Shown in pieces: positions 37,218-47,157 of a stretch of 64,000 nucleotides of DNA. The notes beneath the pieces were generated by a model, which did no database searches, was not told the origin of the DNA, and saw only the letters and a list, made by a program, of their open reading frames with translations. Each line of letters opens with the position of its first letter. Position 1 is the stretch's first letter. A program made the translations under genes and the position numbers. Source of the DNA: a bacterium. GTDB taxonomy: Bacteria; RBG-13-61-14; DATKZS01. The stretch spans positions 832,001 to 896,000 of the forward strand of contig CAXXFL010000006.1 in NCBI GenBank assembly GCA_963674965.2. Direction: 5' to 3'.

Positions 37218-40200
37218 TCAAATATGATCACCTTTGATAGAATTTACGGGCAACTGATAATGCGCGACTTTAGTGACCTCTTTCCAATCCAGCCTTGCCG
37301 GGTCTTTAATAGGCTCCTTGAGCGTGGGCGCGCTCTTGCAATTAGTCACAACATAGAGCCAATAGCAATCGCGTCGGTCTTCTGCCACTCGCCGTTCGTT
37401 GGGAGTGAGGATAACGGCGCCGGATTCCGCTCCGATCCCTTTGACTTCGATAAGCCGAAGATCGCCGGAGTTGAGGTCCAGGCTGGTAACATCATAGCCT
37501 AGATTTTTCTCGGATACGTCATATACCCGTCGGCCCTGGGCCTGTTCATGCTCCATGACCACGCGCATGGCGATCATCTCGGTTTCTTTGTCCGGCCTGA
37601 GATTTTTCATCTCGGGCTTTTCCCGGTCCGGATGGGGAAGAATGAGCGCGGAAGTGAGACGTTCAATGCCCTGGAGGGTTAGAGATCGCTGCCTTGCCAA
37701 TTCCTCGCGTCGTTTTTCTCTTCGGGCCATCAACTCGGCATGTCTTGCTTCGGCCTGAGCCAGACGGCCTTCGGCTCCTTGCATCTTGCTTTCGATGTCT
37801 TCCTGGGCCTTGCCGATCTCCTCATCTACCTTGCCCAGCAATTCAGTCAAGGACAATTCGACATGGGCCGCTATCCTCTCGACCTCTTCAAGCCTTTCCT
37901 TGCGGACCGTTTCGATGAATTCCGTGAGGGCATTCTGATTCAGGAAAGATGTCGCCTCGGGCACCGAAACAAGGTTCGGCAGTTGTGAGGGTGGATTCTC
38001 GACCGGCAGCATGTTCCCGAGAATGCCAGGTTCATGGAGTCGCACTCCACCATTATCCGTCAGCCCCAGACAGAAGAGTCTTTCATGAACGATCTTTCCC
38101 ATGCCGTCCACTACCTTGGCCCGATAAAAGTCCAGGCGCTCGGGCTGATCATGGGATAGCGAGTAATAGCAAGCTCCCTTTCCGAAATGGGCGATGGCCT
38201 GGGTGTAGGTTTCCCGTCGAATAGCCTCGAACAGGGGATGGCCGGGGGTGATCCACTCAAGGCGGTTTTTCTCGGCAGTTTCCCGGTCGGTCGAGCATCT
38301 TGGATAGCGATTTGAGAGTGGCGGCAGTTTCCAGTCATCATCCTGCTCGTATCTTCGGAGGGCGGGAGGAGTTCTGGACGGATCAAAGGTGTGCCGAAGC
38401 TTTTCCACGAAGGTGATCTTTATGGGCATGAAATCGGATGCTTCCTTCATGAAGCGGGCGATGGTTTCCGGCACAACCCTACGCTCCTGAGCGCGGGCTC
38501 TTCTCTCGATCAGCATGGCTAGGTTCAAATTCTTGGTGGCCAGTCCTTCGAGAGCTGTTTGGCAAATCGAGCGGAATTTATCCTCGTCCATGGGCTTAAG
38601 GATACGATCTTCTAGATCGGCATCTCCGAGACGGCCCGCATAGTATTCACGAAGTATGCGTTCTATATGTGCTGGCGGCAAAACCTCACCTACAACGTTA
38701 AAAACCGTATCGTTTTCCAAGGCGTCCCGAATGCTCTGGAGCTTTTCAAGGAGCCTTTCAAGTACTCGGCCCTCGATAGTGTTGGTGGCGACAAAGTTCC
38801 AAATGAAGCAGGGATATAGCTGTCCATAACGATGGATGCGGCCCATCCGTTGTTCGAGACGGTTGGGGTTCCAGGGGATGTCATAGTTGAACATAATGTT
38901 GCAGCACTGGAGGTTGATTCCTTCCCCGGCTGCCTCGGTGGCGACCAAAACCTGGATGTTCCCTTCCTTGAACTGTTGCTCCATGAAGATGCGGGTTCCG
39001 GGGATGTCCCGGTCTCCCGGCTTCATACCGCCGTGGATGTGACCCGTGGAGAAGCCCCAGTCCTTGAGGCACTCAATGAGGTAGTTCAAAGTGTCCTTGA
39101 ACTCGGTGAAGATAAGAAGTCGCTTGTTCTTGTCTTCGTAGAAGCCCTCGTCTTTCAGAAGGTTTTTCAGCTTGGTGAGTTTGGCCTCGCACCCCATGTC
39201 CACGACCTTTTGGGCCTGCTTTGCCAAAACTCTGAGTTCCTCGATCTCTTCCTTGATGAGGTCGGCATTATTGGTCATGGTGATGGCTTCGATGAGTTTC
39301 TCGAACTTCTCCTGCTCGGCCTCCTCCATCTCTTCCCAATCTTCTTGGTCCGGGATGGTGGGCGGGGCATGAGCGACCATCTCTTTAGCGTCTTTGAGTT
39401 TGTTCTCAAGACGATTGGCGCGGTTCTCAAGAGAGTTCTTTAGAGCTGCGGTGCTTGAGGCCAAGCGGCGCTGGTAGAGTGACATTAGGAAGCCAACTGC
39501 ACGGGCGCGGGGATCATCTCCAGCCTCGGCAGCTTTGGTGGCGTTGCGCTTAACGAATCGAGTGACTTCCTTGTAAAGAGTCATCTCATCGCCGTCTATT
39601 TTGAAATCTGCCGTGTTGGGTATTCGTTTGGTGAAGATAGGTCTAGCTTTCCAGTTCCCTTCCTCGTCTTTCTCCGGGAAGTAGAACATGGCTTCCTTGG
39701 TGCGGCGAAGATAAAAGGGAGCGCGCCGCTTCTGCATTGCTTCCTCAATGGACTTGACATCAGCATAGACATCTTTGTCGAGGAGTTGCAGGAAAAGAGT
39801 GAAGTTTGCCGGCACGCCTTTGTGAGGAGTCGCGGTAAGCATCAGCATGTGATCGGCTGTGTCCCTAAGCAGTTCGCCCAGGGCGTATCGTGCCGTCTTC
39901 TTCGAAGGGGGCGACCATGACATCCGATGGGCCTCGTCGATGATGACCAGATCCCAATGGACCTGTTTGAGGCCGGGTAGAATCTCTTCGCGCTTGGCCA
40001 GATCGAGGGAGGTTATGACCTGGTTTTTCTCCAGCCATTCATTAACGCCATATTGTTCCCTGATGTCAGTTCCCTTAAGAGGAGTGAAGTTCTCGCGGAA
40101 CTTGTCCCACAGTTCACGCTTCCATTGAAAGGATAGGTTCGCCGGGCATACAATCAGGATGCGTTCGCAAAGCCCCCTGAGTTTTAGCTCACGGATTAGT

Positions 40201-40622
40201 AGGCCGGACATGATCGTCTTGCCCGCCCCGGCATCATCAGCCAGAAGAAATCGTACCTGAGCGAGCTTGAGCATGTAATCATAGACGGCCTCAAGCTGGT
40301 GAGGCAGAGGATCAACCCTGGAGATGGAAAGTCCAAAGTAAGGGTCGAACTCCCAGGCAATACCCAGAGAGTAAGCGTCGAGGCCGAGCTTCAAAAGTCT
40401 TCCATTGCCTTCATAAGTGCAACCGGCTTCCTGAACAGTAATATATTCCAGATCATGTGATGAAATTGTGACGCGTCGGAACTGCTCGGTCTTGATGCCT
40501 ACGAGACCTACAATCCAGCTATCCATTCCATTGGGCTTGACGGTCTCAACCCTCATTGGTTCGTTGAATAACGGGCCGGATACAATGCAATCGCCGTGAA
40601 ATGGAGACTTTAAAGAATTCAT
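37218..40622 (-). CDS. SNF2-family helicase with C-terminal DUF3883 (PD-(D/E)XK) nuclease-like domain
   Basis: LADDAGAGKT, IIDEAH, LTATPH, ATEAAGEGINLQ, EQRMGRIHRYGQ; tail GYDVTS..IEVKG..LTPNE. Confidence 0.93.
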   Translation of the reverse strand: MNSLKSPFHGDCIVSGPLFNEPMRVETVKPNGMDSWIVGLVGIKTEQFRRVTISSHDLEYITVQEAGCTYEGNGRLLKLGLDAYSLGIAWEFDPYFGLSISRVDPLPHQLEAVYDYMLKLAQVRFLLADDAGAGKTIMSGLLIRELKLRGLCERILIVCPANLSFQWKRELWDKFRENFTPLKGTDIREQYGVNEWLEKNQVITSLDLAKREEILPGLKQVHWDLVIIDEAHRMSWSPPSKKTARYALGELLRDTADHMLMLTATPHKGVPANFTLFLQLLDKDVYADVKSIEEAMQKRRAPFYLRRTKEAMFYFPEKDEEGNWKARPIFTKRIPNTADFKIDGDEMTLYKEVTRFVKRNATKAAEAGDDPRARAVGFLMSLYQRRLASSTAALKNSLENRANRLENKLKDAKEMVAHAPPTIPDQEDWEEMEEAEQEKFEKLIEAITMTNNADLIKEEIEELRVLAKQAQKVVDMGCEAKLTKLKNLLKDEGFYEDKNKRLLIFTEFKDTLNYLIECLKDWGFSTGHIHGGMKPGDRDIPGTRIFMEQQFKEGNIQVLVATEAAGEGINLQCCNIMFNYDIPWNPNRLEQRMGRIHRYGQLYPCFIWNFVATNTIEGRVLERLLEKLQSIRDALENDTVFNVVGEVLPPAHIERILREYYAGRLGDADLEDRILKPMDEDKFRSICQTALEGLATKNLNLAMLIERRARAQERRVVPETIARFMKEASDFMPIKITFVEKLRHTFDPSRTPPALRRYEQDDDWKLPPLSNRYPRCSTDRETAEKNRLEWITPGHPLFEAIRRETYTQAIAHFGKGACYYSLSHDQPERLDFYRAKVVDGMGKIVHERLFCLGLTDNGGVRLHEPGILGNMLPVENPPSQLPNLVSVPEATSFLNQNALTEFIETVRKERLEEVERIAAHVELSLTELLGKVDEEIGKAQEDIESKMQGAEGRLAQAEARHAELMARREKRREELARQRSLTLQGIERLTSALILPHPDREKPEMKNLRPDKETEMIAMRVVMEHEQAQGRRVYDVSEKNLGYDVTSLDLNSGDLRLIEVKGIGAESGAVILTPNERRVAEDRRDCYWLYVVTNCKSAPTLKEPIKDPARLDWKEVTKVAHYQLPVNSIKGDHI

Positions 40623-40840
40623 TTGCCAACCTTTCGGGCATTTTTATCTCGATCTTTGTCATCACCACCAGATTTTACCCACTGATCAATTTCTTCTTTA
40701 CGGAATTTCCAAAGACGACCAACCTTATGAGCTGGCATGCTCTTGCGAGATATCCACTTATATACCGTGTCCCGCTTCACACCAAGGTAGGCAGCTATCT
40801 CATCCACGGAAAGCCGGCGATCTCCTATGGTGTCAATCAT
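40619..40840 (-). CDS. Excisionase-like HTH DNA-binding protein, first gene of the defence operon
   Basis: LSVDEIAAYLGVKRDTVYKWI..PAHKVGRLWKF..EIDQW; stop overlaps the helicase ATG (ATGA). Confidence 0.88.
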   Translation of the reverse strand: MIDTIGDRRLSVDEIAAYLGVKRDTVYKWISRKSMPAHKVGRLWKFRKEEIDQWVKSGGDDKDRDKNARKVGK

Positions 40841-40855
40841 TCCTATTCTCCAAGC

Positions 40856-40893
40856 CATATAGCCAACCACAAGGACTTGTCAACGGTTGACAA
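40856..40893 (-). promoter_or_regulatory. Candidate sigma70 promoter with a palindromic operator over the -35
   Basis: Minus strand TTGACA-16nt-TATATG upstream of the HTH gene; perfect inverted repeat TTGTCAAC-G-GTTGACAA at 40877-40893. Confidence 0.5.
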
Positions 40894-41289
40894 CGTTGTA
40901 GTTCAAGCAATCTGTCCAACAAATCGGATTTGAACTATCCCAATCATAACAGGAGCGTATGCCATGTCAAGATGGAGTACCCAATAGTTTTTTATGTAAC
41001 GCGAAATCTCGTTACGGCCAACTTAGTATTCTATGAGTGTTTTGCCAATTCTTTCTCTTTTCTTCGAAGATTAAAAGCCAAGTAACTGATATTTTGCATT
41101 TTTTACCACACTAAATATAAGCAAAGCACTCTATTGTAAGTATTATTGCATCCAGGCTTAAATCCCTCCAACCTATCAATCGCCGGGAGCATCACCTCCG
41201 GATCGTCAAAGGTCAGAAGCTTCCCCGACACGCGGCGCCAATCGCTCGTGGGCTGGTCTTTGGGGAGAAGATGGGGGTGTTGGGCCAGT

Positions 41290-41443
41290 TTTTCGGCGAA
41301 GCGCCGTTCATAGCCGATTCCTGTCGGTGGGAACGTCCAGTTGGGCGATCACTTGGCCTTGCATGCCGATCGCCTTTATTCTACAATTTCGACAAGGACA
41401 CGTCGATGCCCACGAACGTATTACAATCATTTAGTTTCTCCAT
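41290..41443 (-). pseudogene. 5' remnant of an IS110-family transposase
   Basis: MEKLNDCNTFVGIDVSLSKL*, then a shifted frame IKAIGMQGQVIAQLDVPTDRNRL*, matching the N-terminal FVGIDVS pattern of IS110 DEDD domains. Confidence 0.5.
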
Positions 41444-41680
41444 AACGGGCTCTCGCGGTAATGGTTTTGCAAGCTTCATTTTACCAGAGCGTCCGTCTTT
41501 TAAAATATCATCCTGGCCGAGCTTCCGCTGAAGCGGATACGGACAAACGTGCTGGAGGAATAGATAACAAATGGGCGCTTGAAATACTCGAGAACAGGAG
41601 CATTCCATTTATTCGTAATGAAATCAGCTTGAAGTTAAACCTGTAATAGGGCGCCGTTCGTCAGCTAAGGGGGTCAAAAA

Positions 41681-42496
41681 ATGGTATTTAACCTTAAAGA
41701 TGAAAAAGATTTTCGGGCATATCAAGAGCGCATGGAGATTGAGATGAAAAAAGACTGTAGTTTTTATTACAAATCAAACAAGACTTTCAATAATTTCTTC
41801 TACTATCTCACAATTGACGCCAATAATACTTATTACTCTGATGATAAAGCAAGTGCAGAAGACAAAACATTTGCGATACTTAAGAAAAAATCAATCAAGG
41901 AAGTCTGGCATCATATGTTATACCGTGACATGCCAGATGAGGTATCTATTAAAGAGGACACGGCCCGGTACGCCGCGTATATGCTTATCCGCAGTCAGAG
42001 GTGTGAGCGATATATACAAATTGACAAAAATGCCGCCAGGGTGCGCCAGAGCGGAAAAATTGAGGGTCATCATGCAGAAGAAATGGCATATGCGGTATAT
42101 GAAGCAAAGAATTGGGTGCATCAATGGGTCAGGGATGACAATATTGATAAATTGATTGAGCTTGGAGAGGCCCTCGAACAAATGCGCGCAAAAATCAATG
42201 GCAACACAAATATAGGGCGACGCTATTTTTGTTATATGTACTGGAATTATTGCAGAAAACTATTCCAAAGGTCGGGCGAGCAAATTCCGTTCCAAGAATT
42301 CATGTTTTATAAACTTAAGGCTTTAGGACTTGAAATGCCGAATACAAAGACCATTCCCCGTAACAAACAGGGTGAGCCGAATGGCGAGCCAATCTTGGAT
42401 GATAATCCCGAATCATTCGGAGCTTACTATCGTTCTAAACTAAAACTATCCGACAACTCCGATTCCCCAATAATAACCTGTACTGAATGGCAATAA
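41681..42496 (+). CDS. Hypothetical protein, AT-rich, upstream of the replication module
   Basis: 271-aa ORF with upstream GGGGG RBS; no recognised motif. Confidence 0.65.
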   Translation: MVFNLKDEKDFRAYQERMEIEMKKDCSFYYKSNKTFNNFFYYLTIDANNTYYSDDKASAEDKTFAILKKKSIKEVWHHMLYRDMPDEVSIKEDTARYAAYMLIRSQRCERYIQIDKNAARVRQSGKIEGHHAEEMAYAVYEAKNWVHQWVRDDNIDKLIELGEALEQMRAKINGNTNIGRRYFCYMYWNYCRKLFQRSGEQIPFQEFMFYKLKALGLEMPNTKTIPRNKQGEPNGEPILDDNPESFGAYYRSKLKLSDNSDSPIITCTEWQ

Positions 42497-42641
42497 ACCA
42501 TTTAAATGTAACGCTTTTTTACAGGCCAAACGAAATATTTATTGTTCACTAAACGAAATTTTTTTTTTTCGTTTAGTGACTACCTTTTCTTTCTTCTCTA
42601 TACTGCGTAAACAAGCTAACGAAACCATTATGGAGCAAGAA

Positions 42642-42860
42642 ATGAAAGGTGAGTATTATACGGTTAAAGAAGCCGCAATCCGGCTTGGCGTGTCGAGCAA
42701 GACGATCTACAACTGGATTCACAAGGGCCTGTTCCCCGCCACCAATATGTCCCCTCGCCCTGGCAAACCATGCTTGAGGATCAAAAAGCAACGGTTGGAG
42801 GCTTTTGAACAAGCCCGAGAGACAAGAAGCGAGGGTGATATAAATAATGAGAAAAAATGA
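42642..42860 (+). CDS. Excisionase-like HTH protein
   Basis: YYTVKEAAIRLGVSSKTIYNWIHKGLFPA; GGAG upstream of the chosen ATG. Confidence 0.85.
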   Translation: MKGEYYTVKEAAIRLGVSSKTIYNWIHKGLFPATNMSPRPGKPCLRIKKQRLEAFEQARETRSEGDINNEKK

Positions 42861-45111
42861 GGCGGCAATGGTTGCGACGCCCGATGAAGATGCCCGCGTA
42901 ATGCGCGTCCGGGAGGTTGAGGCCGGGCACGGGAGGGGATGGTCTTTCTTACCTCTTATCGGGAAGAAGCCTTGCCATAAAAAATGGTCCAAGGCTCAGC
43001 GGGAAACCCTGGACGAGGCGAGGGCATGGGCCAAGAGTGGAAATATCGGCTTACGCTGCGGCGCTGCATCTGGGGGCTTGGTCGTTTTGGATGTAGACCC
43101 CGGCGCGGACTTGACTACGCTACCTCAACTGCCGGAGACGGTTGAGGTAACGACTGGGCGCGGGCGCCACTATTATTTCTCATCCAACGGCTACAAGGTA
43201 GGAAACAGTGCCGGCAAGTTGGGACCTAACCTGGACATCCGGGGCGAAGGCGGCCAGGTGGTCTTCCCTGGCAGCATTCATCCTGAAACCGGCAATGTCT
43301 ATTGCTGGGCGGACGGCCGCTCTCCTGACCAGATCGAGCTCGCTCCGCTCCCGGCATGGATAGTAGAGAGGCTCGCTGCAAAACAGACCCGAAAACGAGC
43401 CTCGAAAACGACTGGCGCTTATGGACAAGCCGCGCTTGAAAGAGAGGCCGCTCGCGTCCGTGAGGCGCTGGAAGGCACGCGCAACGACACCCTGAATGAA
43501 GCATCGTACAACCTGGGCCAGCTTTTTGCCGGCGGCTTGTTGGAACGCGGCCTAATTATTAACGAACTGCTAGACGCCGCTCTCGCGGCCGGCCTCTCCG
43601 AACATGAGGCCAGGTCCACCATTGATAGTGGCCTCAAGGCCGGCGAGCAAAAACCTCGGAAGGCCCCTGCTAAAAAGGATAATCAGCCAGCCCCAGTCAA
43701 CTTTTCATCGCCCCCCTCCTCAATGGATCAGGGTATGGCCGTCGGCCAGACCAGGCCAAAGGCCTTTGCGTTAACCGATCTGGGCAATGCAGAGCGACTC
43801 GTCCAGAAGCATGGGGATAACATTCGCTACTCCTATGAGAAAAATCGCTGGCTCTTTTGGGATGGCTCCCGCTGGACTTGGGACCCGGGCGATAAAATTA
43901 TGCAAAGAGCAAAAGACGTTGCCCGCGGCATCTACGCTGAAGCGGAGTCGGAACCTGACTCGGATGCCCGAAAAAAAATTGCCGGTCATGCACGTACATC
44001 GGAGTCAAAGCATAGGTTAAAGGCATTGGCGTCATTGGCTAAATCCGAGCCTGGAATCCCGATCAAGCTGGATGCTCTGGACGCCGACCCTTGGCTCCTG
44101 AACGTAAATAACGGGACCCTTGCTTTGCGGTCTGGGGAACTCCGACCTCACGACCGGAGGGACATGCTCACTGGCTTATGTCCCGTCGCTTTCTATCCTT
44201 ATGCGGTCTGCCCGACCTGGGACGGCTTCTTGAATAAAATAATGGCCGGCAACGCTGACCTTGTAGCCTGGCTTCAGGAGGCGGTCGGTTATTCCATGAC
44301 CGGACTCACGGATGAACGGGTCATTTTCGTATGCCACGGCTCCGGCATGAACGGAAAAAGTATTTTCTTGAGCACGCTTGCTGAGATTATGGGCAACTAT
44401 GCTCAACGGGCCATAACCGAGACATTTTTTGTCTCAAAGCACGTTAACGGCGCGAGGAATGACATCGCCCGTCTCCGCGGCGCTCGCTTTGTCTATGCGT
44501 CAGAGTCGGAACAGGGGAGTCGGCTGGCCGAATCTCTTGTCAAGGATATTAGCGGTGGCGAGAAGATAGCGGCCCGCTTTCTCTACGGTGAGTACTTTGA
44601 CTTCATGCCCACCTTCAAACTTTGGCTTGGCACGAACCATAAACCCACCGTCAGGGGGACAGATCCCGCGATTTGGGACCGGATCAGATTAATCCCGTTC
44701 AATGTCCGCATCAAGGACAGCGAGAAAAAGCCCCGGCGCGAAATCATGGCGGCGCTGCAAAATGAATGGCCTGGCATCTTGGCCTGGGCCGCGCGGGGGT
44801 GTTTGAAATGGTACAGGCGTGGAGCGCTTCCCAACTGTCAGGAAATCACAGCGGCGGTTAGGGACTACCGCGACGACATGGACTTCCTGAAGGCTTTCAT
44901 CAAGGATCGATGCTTGACCGGTCCGGAGTTCCGGGAGTCCATCTCAAATCTATACGATGCCTTTAGAACTTGGGTGGACGCCTCTGGAGAGGTGGAGGCG
45001 CAAGTGTCGAAGCGCGAGTTTGGCGTCCGCCTATCCGAGCGGGGTTTCATTAAGGGAAGAACCGGCCAGAGTCGTTTTTGGAGTGGGATTAAGCTACGGG
45101 ATGACGCATGA
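42847..45111 (+). CDS. Bifunctional primase-polymerase fused to a P4/D5-type SF3 helicase
   Basis: NIGLRCG..VVLDVD..TGRGRHYYF..DIRGEGGQVVFPGSIH; LTDLGNAERL, LLNVNNGTL; Walker A GSGMNGKS; TNHKP..AIWDRIRLIPF. Confidence 0.93.
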   Translation: MRKNEAAMVATPDEDARVMRVREVEAGHGRGWSFLPLIGKKPCHKKWSKAQRETLDEARAWAKSGNIGLRCGAASGGLVVLDVDPGADLTTLPQLPETVEVTTGRGRHYYFSSNGYKVGNSAGKLGPNLDIRGEGGQVVFPGSIHPETGNVYCWADGRSPDQIELAPLPAWIVERLAAKQTRKRASKTTGAYGQAALEREAARVREALEGTRNDTLNEASYNLGQLFAGGLLERGLIINELLDAALAAGLSEHEARSTIDSGLKAGEQKPRKAPAKKDNQPAPVNFSSPPSSMDQGMAVGQTRPKAFALTDLGNAERLVQKHGDNIRYSYEKNRWLFWDGSRWTWDPGDKIMQRAKDVARGIYAEAESEPDSDARKKIAGHARTSESKHRLKALASLAKSEPGIPIKLDALDADPWLLNVNNGTLALRSGELRPHDRRDMLTGLCPVAFYPYAVCPTWDGFLNKIMAGNADLVAWLQEAVGYSMTGLTDERVIFVCHGSGMNGKSIFLSTLAEIMGNYAQRAITETFFVSKHVNGARNDIARLRGARFVYASESEQGSRLAESLVKDISGGEKIAARFLYGEYFDFMPTFKLWLGTNHKPTVRGTDPAIWDRIRLIPFNVRIKDSEKKPRREIMAALQNEWPGILAWAARGCLKWYRRGALPNCQEITAAVRDYRDDMDFLKAFIKDRCLTGPEFRESISNLYDAFRTWVDASGEVEAQVSKREFGVRLSERGFIKGRTGQSRFWSGIKLRDDA

Positions 45112-45203
45112 CACAAGTGACTTATTTTTTATAAACCTCTATAAGAAGAAAAATAGAGAGTAAAGTTTTATAGAAACAACGTCATCATGCGTCATACGTC
45201 ATC
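45100..45203. other. Putative replication origin of the element
   Basis: ATGACGCATGA (45101-45111) and its reverse complement TCATGCGTCAT (45185-45195), with extra TGAC/GTCA units, around an AT-rich core directly after the primase gene. Confidence 0.6.
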
Positions 45204-45317
45204 GGAAGGTCAAAGGCGCGCTAATAAACGGTTTTGACACAGCGAAGGGAGCCAAGCTCCTTGAGAATAATCTGAATTGGGTCCGCTCAACGACTGTTAA
45301 GTGCAGGAGGTTGTGTC

Positions 45318-45689
45318 ATGATGGAATCAGAGAAGGATGAAGGTCAAAGGGACCGTGTTCCGGCCGTGCTTGACGGACACGGGGAAGGTGGGGCAGGAAT
45401 GGCGGGTGGCCAAGATGGGACGAAGGCCGGGTCGGGTGAGGTGATATGCCTTGCGGGGCTGGACCCGGACGCGATCCTGGACGAGACGGCTCTGGCTGGC
45501 GCGCTGGGGGTATGCGTTCGGACCTTGCGGCGCATGGTGGTTAGGCACGAGTTGCCCCCGCCCTTTAAGGCGGCTGGACGTTCGAGGTGGTTCGCGGGCA
45601 GGGTCCTGGAGCACTTCAAACGGGCGGCGGAGCGCAAGGAAAAAGAGGCTGAACGGGCCGCCGCGAAAATTAGATCAATTTCTCCTTGA
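45318..45689 (+). CDS. AlpA-like HTH regulator
   Basis: LAGALGVCVRTLRRMV..ELPPPFK..RSRW; AGGAGG upstream. Confidence 0.75.
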   Translation: MMESEKDEGQRDRVPAVLDGHGEGGAGMAGGQDGTKAGSGEVICLAGLDPDAILDETALAGALGVCVRTLRRMVVRHELPPPFKAAGRSRWFAGRVLEHFKRAAERKEKEAERAAAKIRSISP

Positions 45690-45723
45690 TAAATGTATAT
45701 ACCTATGTCATGGTGTTGGCAAG

Positions 45724-45900
45724 ATGGCCAAGAAGGAAAGCAAGATGGGTCGCCCCTGGAAATCTCTTGAGAAGAGGTCCGAGATTGTGATCCTCCGCGT
45801 GACGCCCGGCGAGAAGCAGGTGCTCATCGAGGAATCGGATAAAAGCGGGGAAACCGTCTCCGAGGTTTTAATGCGCCCCTGGCGCAAGGAAGGAAGGTAG
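45724..45900 (+). CDS. Small ribbon-helix-helix-like DNA-binding protein
   Basis: MGRP..KRSEIVILRVTPGEKQVL..SGETVSEVL; ends 3 nt before the integrase ATG. Confidence 0.65.
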   Translation: MAKKESKMGRPWKSLEKRSEIVILRVTPGEKQVLIEESDKSGETVSEVLMRPWRKEGR

Positions 45901-45903
45901 TAC

Positions 45904-47157
45904 ATGGCAACGGTTTTTCGGACCTTCAAGTCCAAAAGGAACCCGGCGACCGGGAAGCGCGTCCCGGTCCTGGACGCCAAGGGACGTCCGATCCCGCATG
46001 AGCGCTGGCGATTCGAGTACACGGATTATCAGGGCAGGCGCCGGACCGCGAGCGGGTCCGCGTCTAAGGCACAGACAACGGCGCTGGCGGCGCGGGTCCA
46101 GGCGCGGGAGGACGAAATCAGACGCGGTTTCCGTCCGGCTCCCAAGCGCGAGGATGAGCACGCCCTCCGGCCTATTGAGAAGGTCATTGAGGAATACCTC
46201 GATTATGGCGCGGCCTGCGGAGGCCTGCGGGGGAAACCTTGGGGCCCGGTCCATCTCCGGCGCAAAGCCGCGACCCTCGAATGGTGGGTGGGAAAGCTCA
46301 ACTTGAAGGTGCTCGGGGACTTGAACGGCAACATCCTGGCGCGGGTCGAACAAATCCTCCGCGATTACCACCGAAAGGGCCGGACGGGGAAAACCTGCCG
46401 CAATCAAGCGGAAGCGTTAAGGAGTTTTTGCCGATGGTGCGTGAAACTGTCCTACCTGGGCCAGGATCCATTGCAGAGTCTTTCTCAATACGACGCCAGC
46501 CCGACCACTATCCGGCGGGCATTCACGCCGGAAGAATGCGAAAGACTCCTCCTGGCCGCTCCTCCCGACCGGAGACTGATATATGCCGTAGCGCTTGCCT
46601 CTGGCCTTAGGGCGAACGAGATTAGAAGCCTGCGGGTCATGGACCTCGACGTCGTTAACAAGGGGCTCCATCTTTCCGAGAACTGGACCAAGAACCGGAG
46701 GGGCGGCTTCCAACCTCTGCCCCTGGACCTGGTGGACCAGCTTGCCCAATCAGCGCGAGGCAAGGACGTTGCCGCGCCCCTTCTGTTTAATGCCTCACGG
46801 CGCGATTTTACGCGACTGATGGACGACGACCTAAAGGCGGCGGACATCAAGAAACGCGGGCCAGGCGGTGTGGTGTGTTTCCACTCACTTCGCCACAGCT
46901 TCATAAACATACTCTTGGAGCAGGGCGCCGGCGCCAAAGAGGTGCAGGACCTGGCGCGGCACCAGACGCTCAGTATGACCATGAACCACTACGCAAAGTC
47001 CAGCATGAAGCGAAAGCGAGAGTTAGCGGAAAAACTGGGGGAAACCATTAATATCCCGGAACTTCCCATAACCGGTCCGGAACGGAAAGTGGTGGGTCTT
47101 GAAACCCATGATTATCATGAAGGAATTCTGGCTCCCCGGAAGCAACTCTCTTCATAA
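45904..47157 (+). CDS. int: Tyrosine recombinase / integrase
   Basis: SGLRANE, TKN, FHSLRHSF, LARH..MTMNHY catalytic pattern. Confidence 0.93.
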   Translation: MATVFRTFKSKRNPATGKRVPVLDAKGRPIPHERWRFEYTDYQGRRRTASGSASKAQTTALAARVQAREDEIRRGFRPAPKREDEHALRPIEKVIEEYLDYGAACGGLRGKPWGPVHLRRKAATLEWWVGKLNLKVLGDLNGNILARVEQILRDYHRKGRTGKTCRNQAEALRSFCRWCVKLSYLGQDPLQSLSQYDASPTTIRRAFTPEECERLLLAAPPDRRLIYAVALASGLRANEIRSLRVMDLDVVNKGLHLSENWTKNRRGGFQPLPLDLVDQLAQSARGKDVAAPLLFNASRRDFTRLMDDDLKAADIKKRGPGGVVCFHSLRHSFINILLEQGAGAKEVQDLARHQTLSMTMNHYAKSSMKRKRELAEKLGETINIPELPITGPERKVVGLETHDYHEGILAPRKQLSS

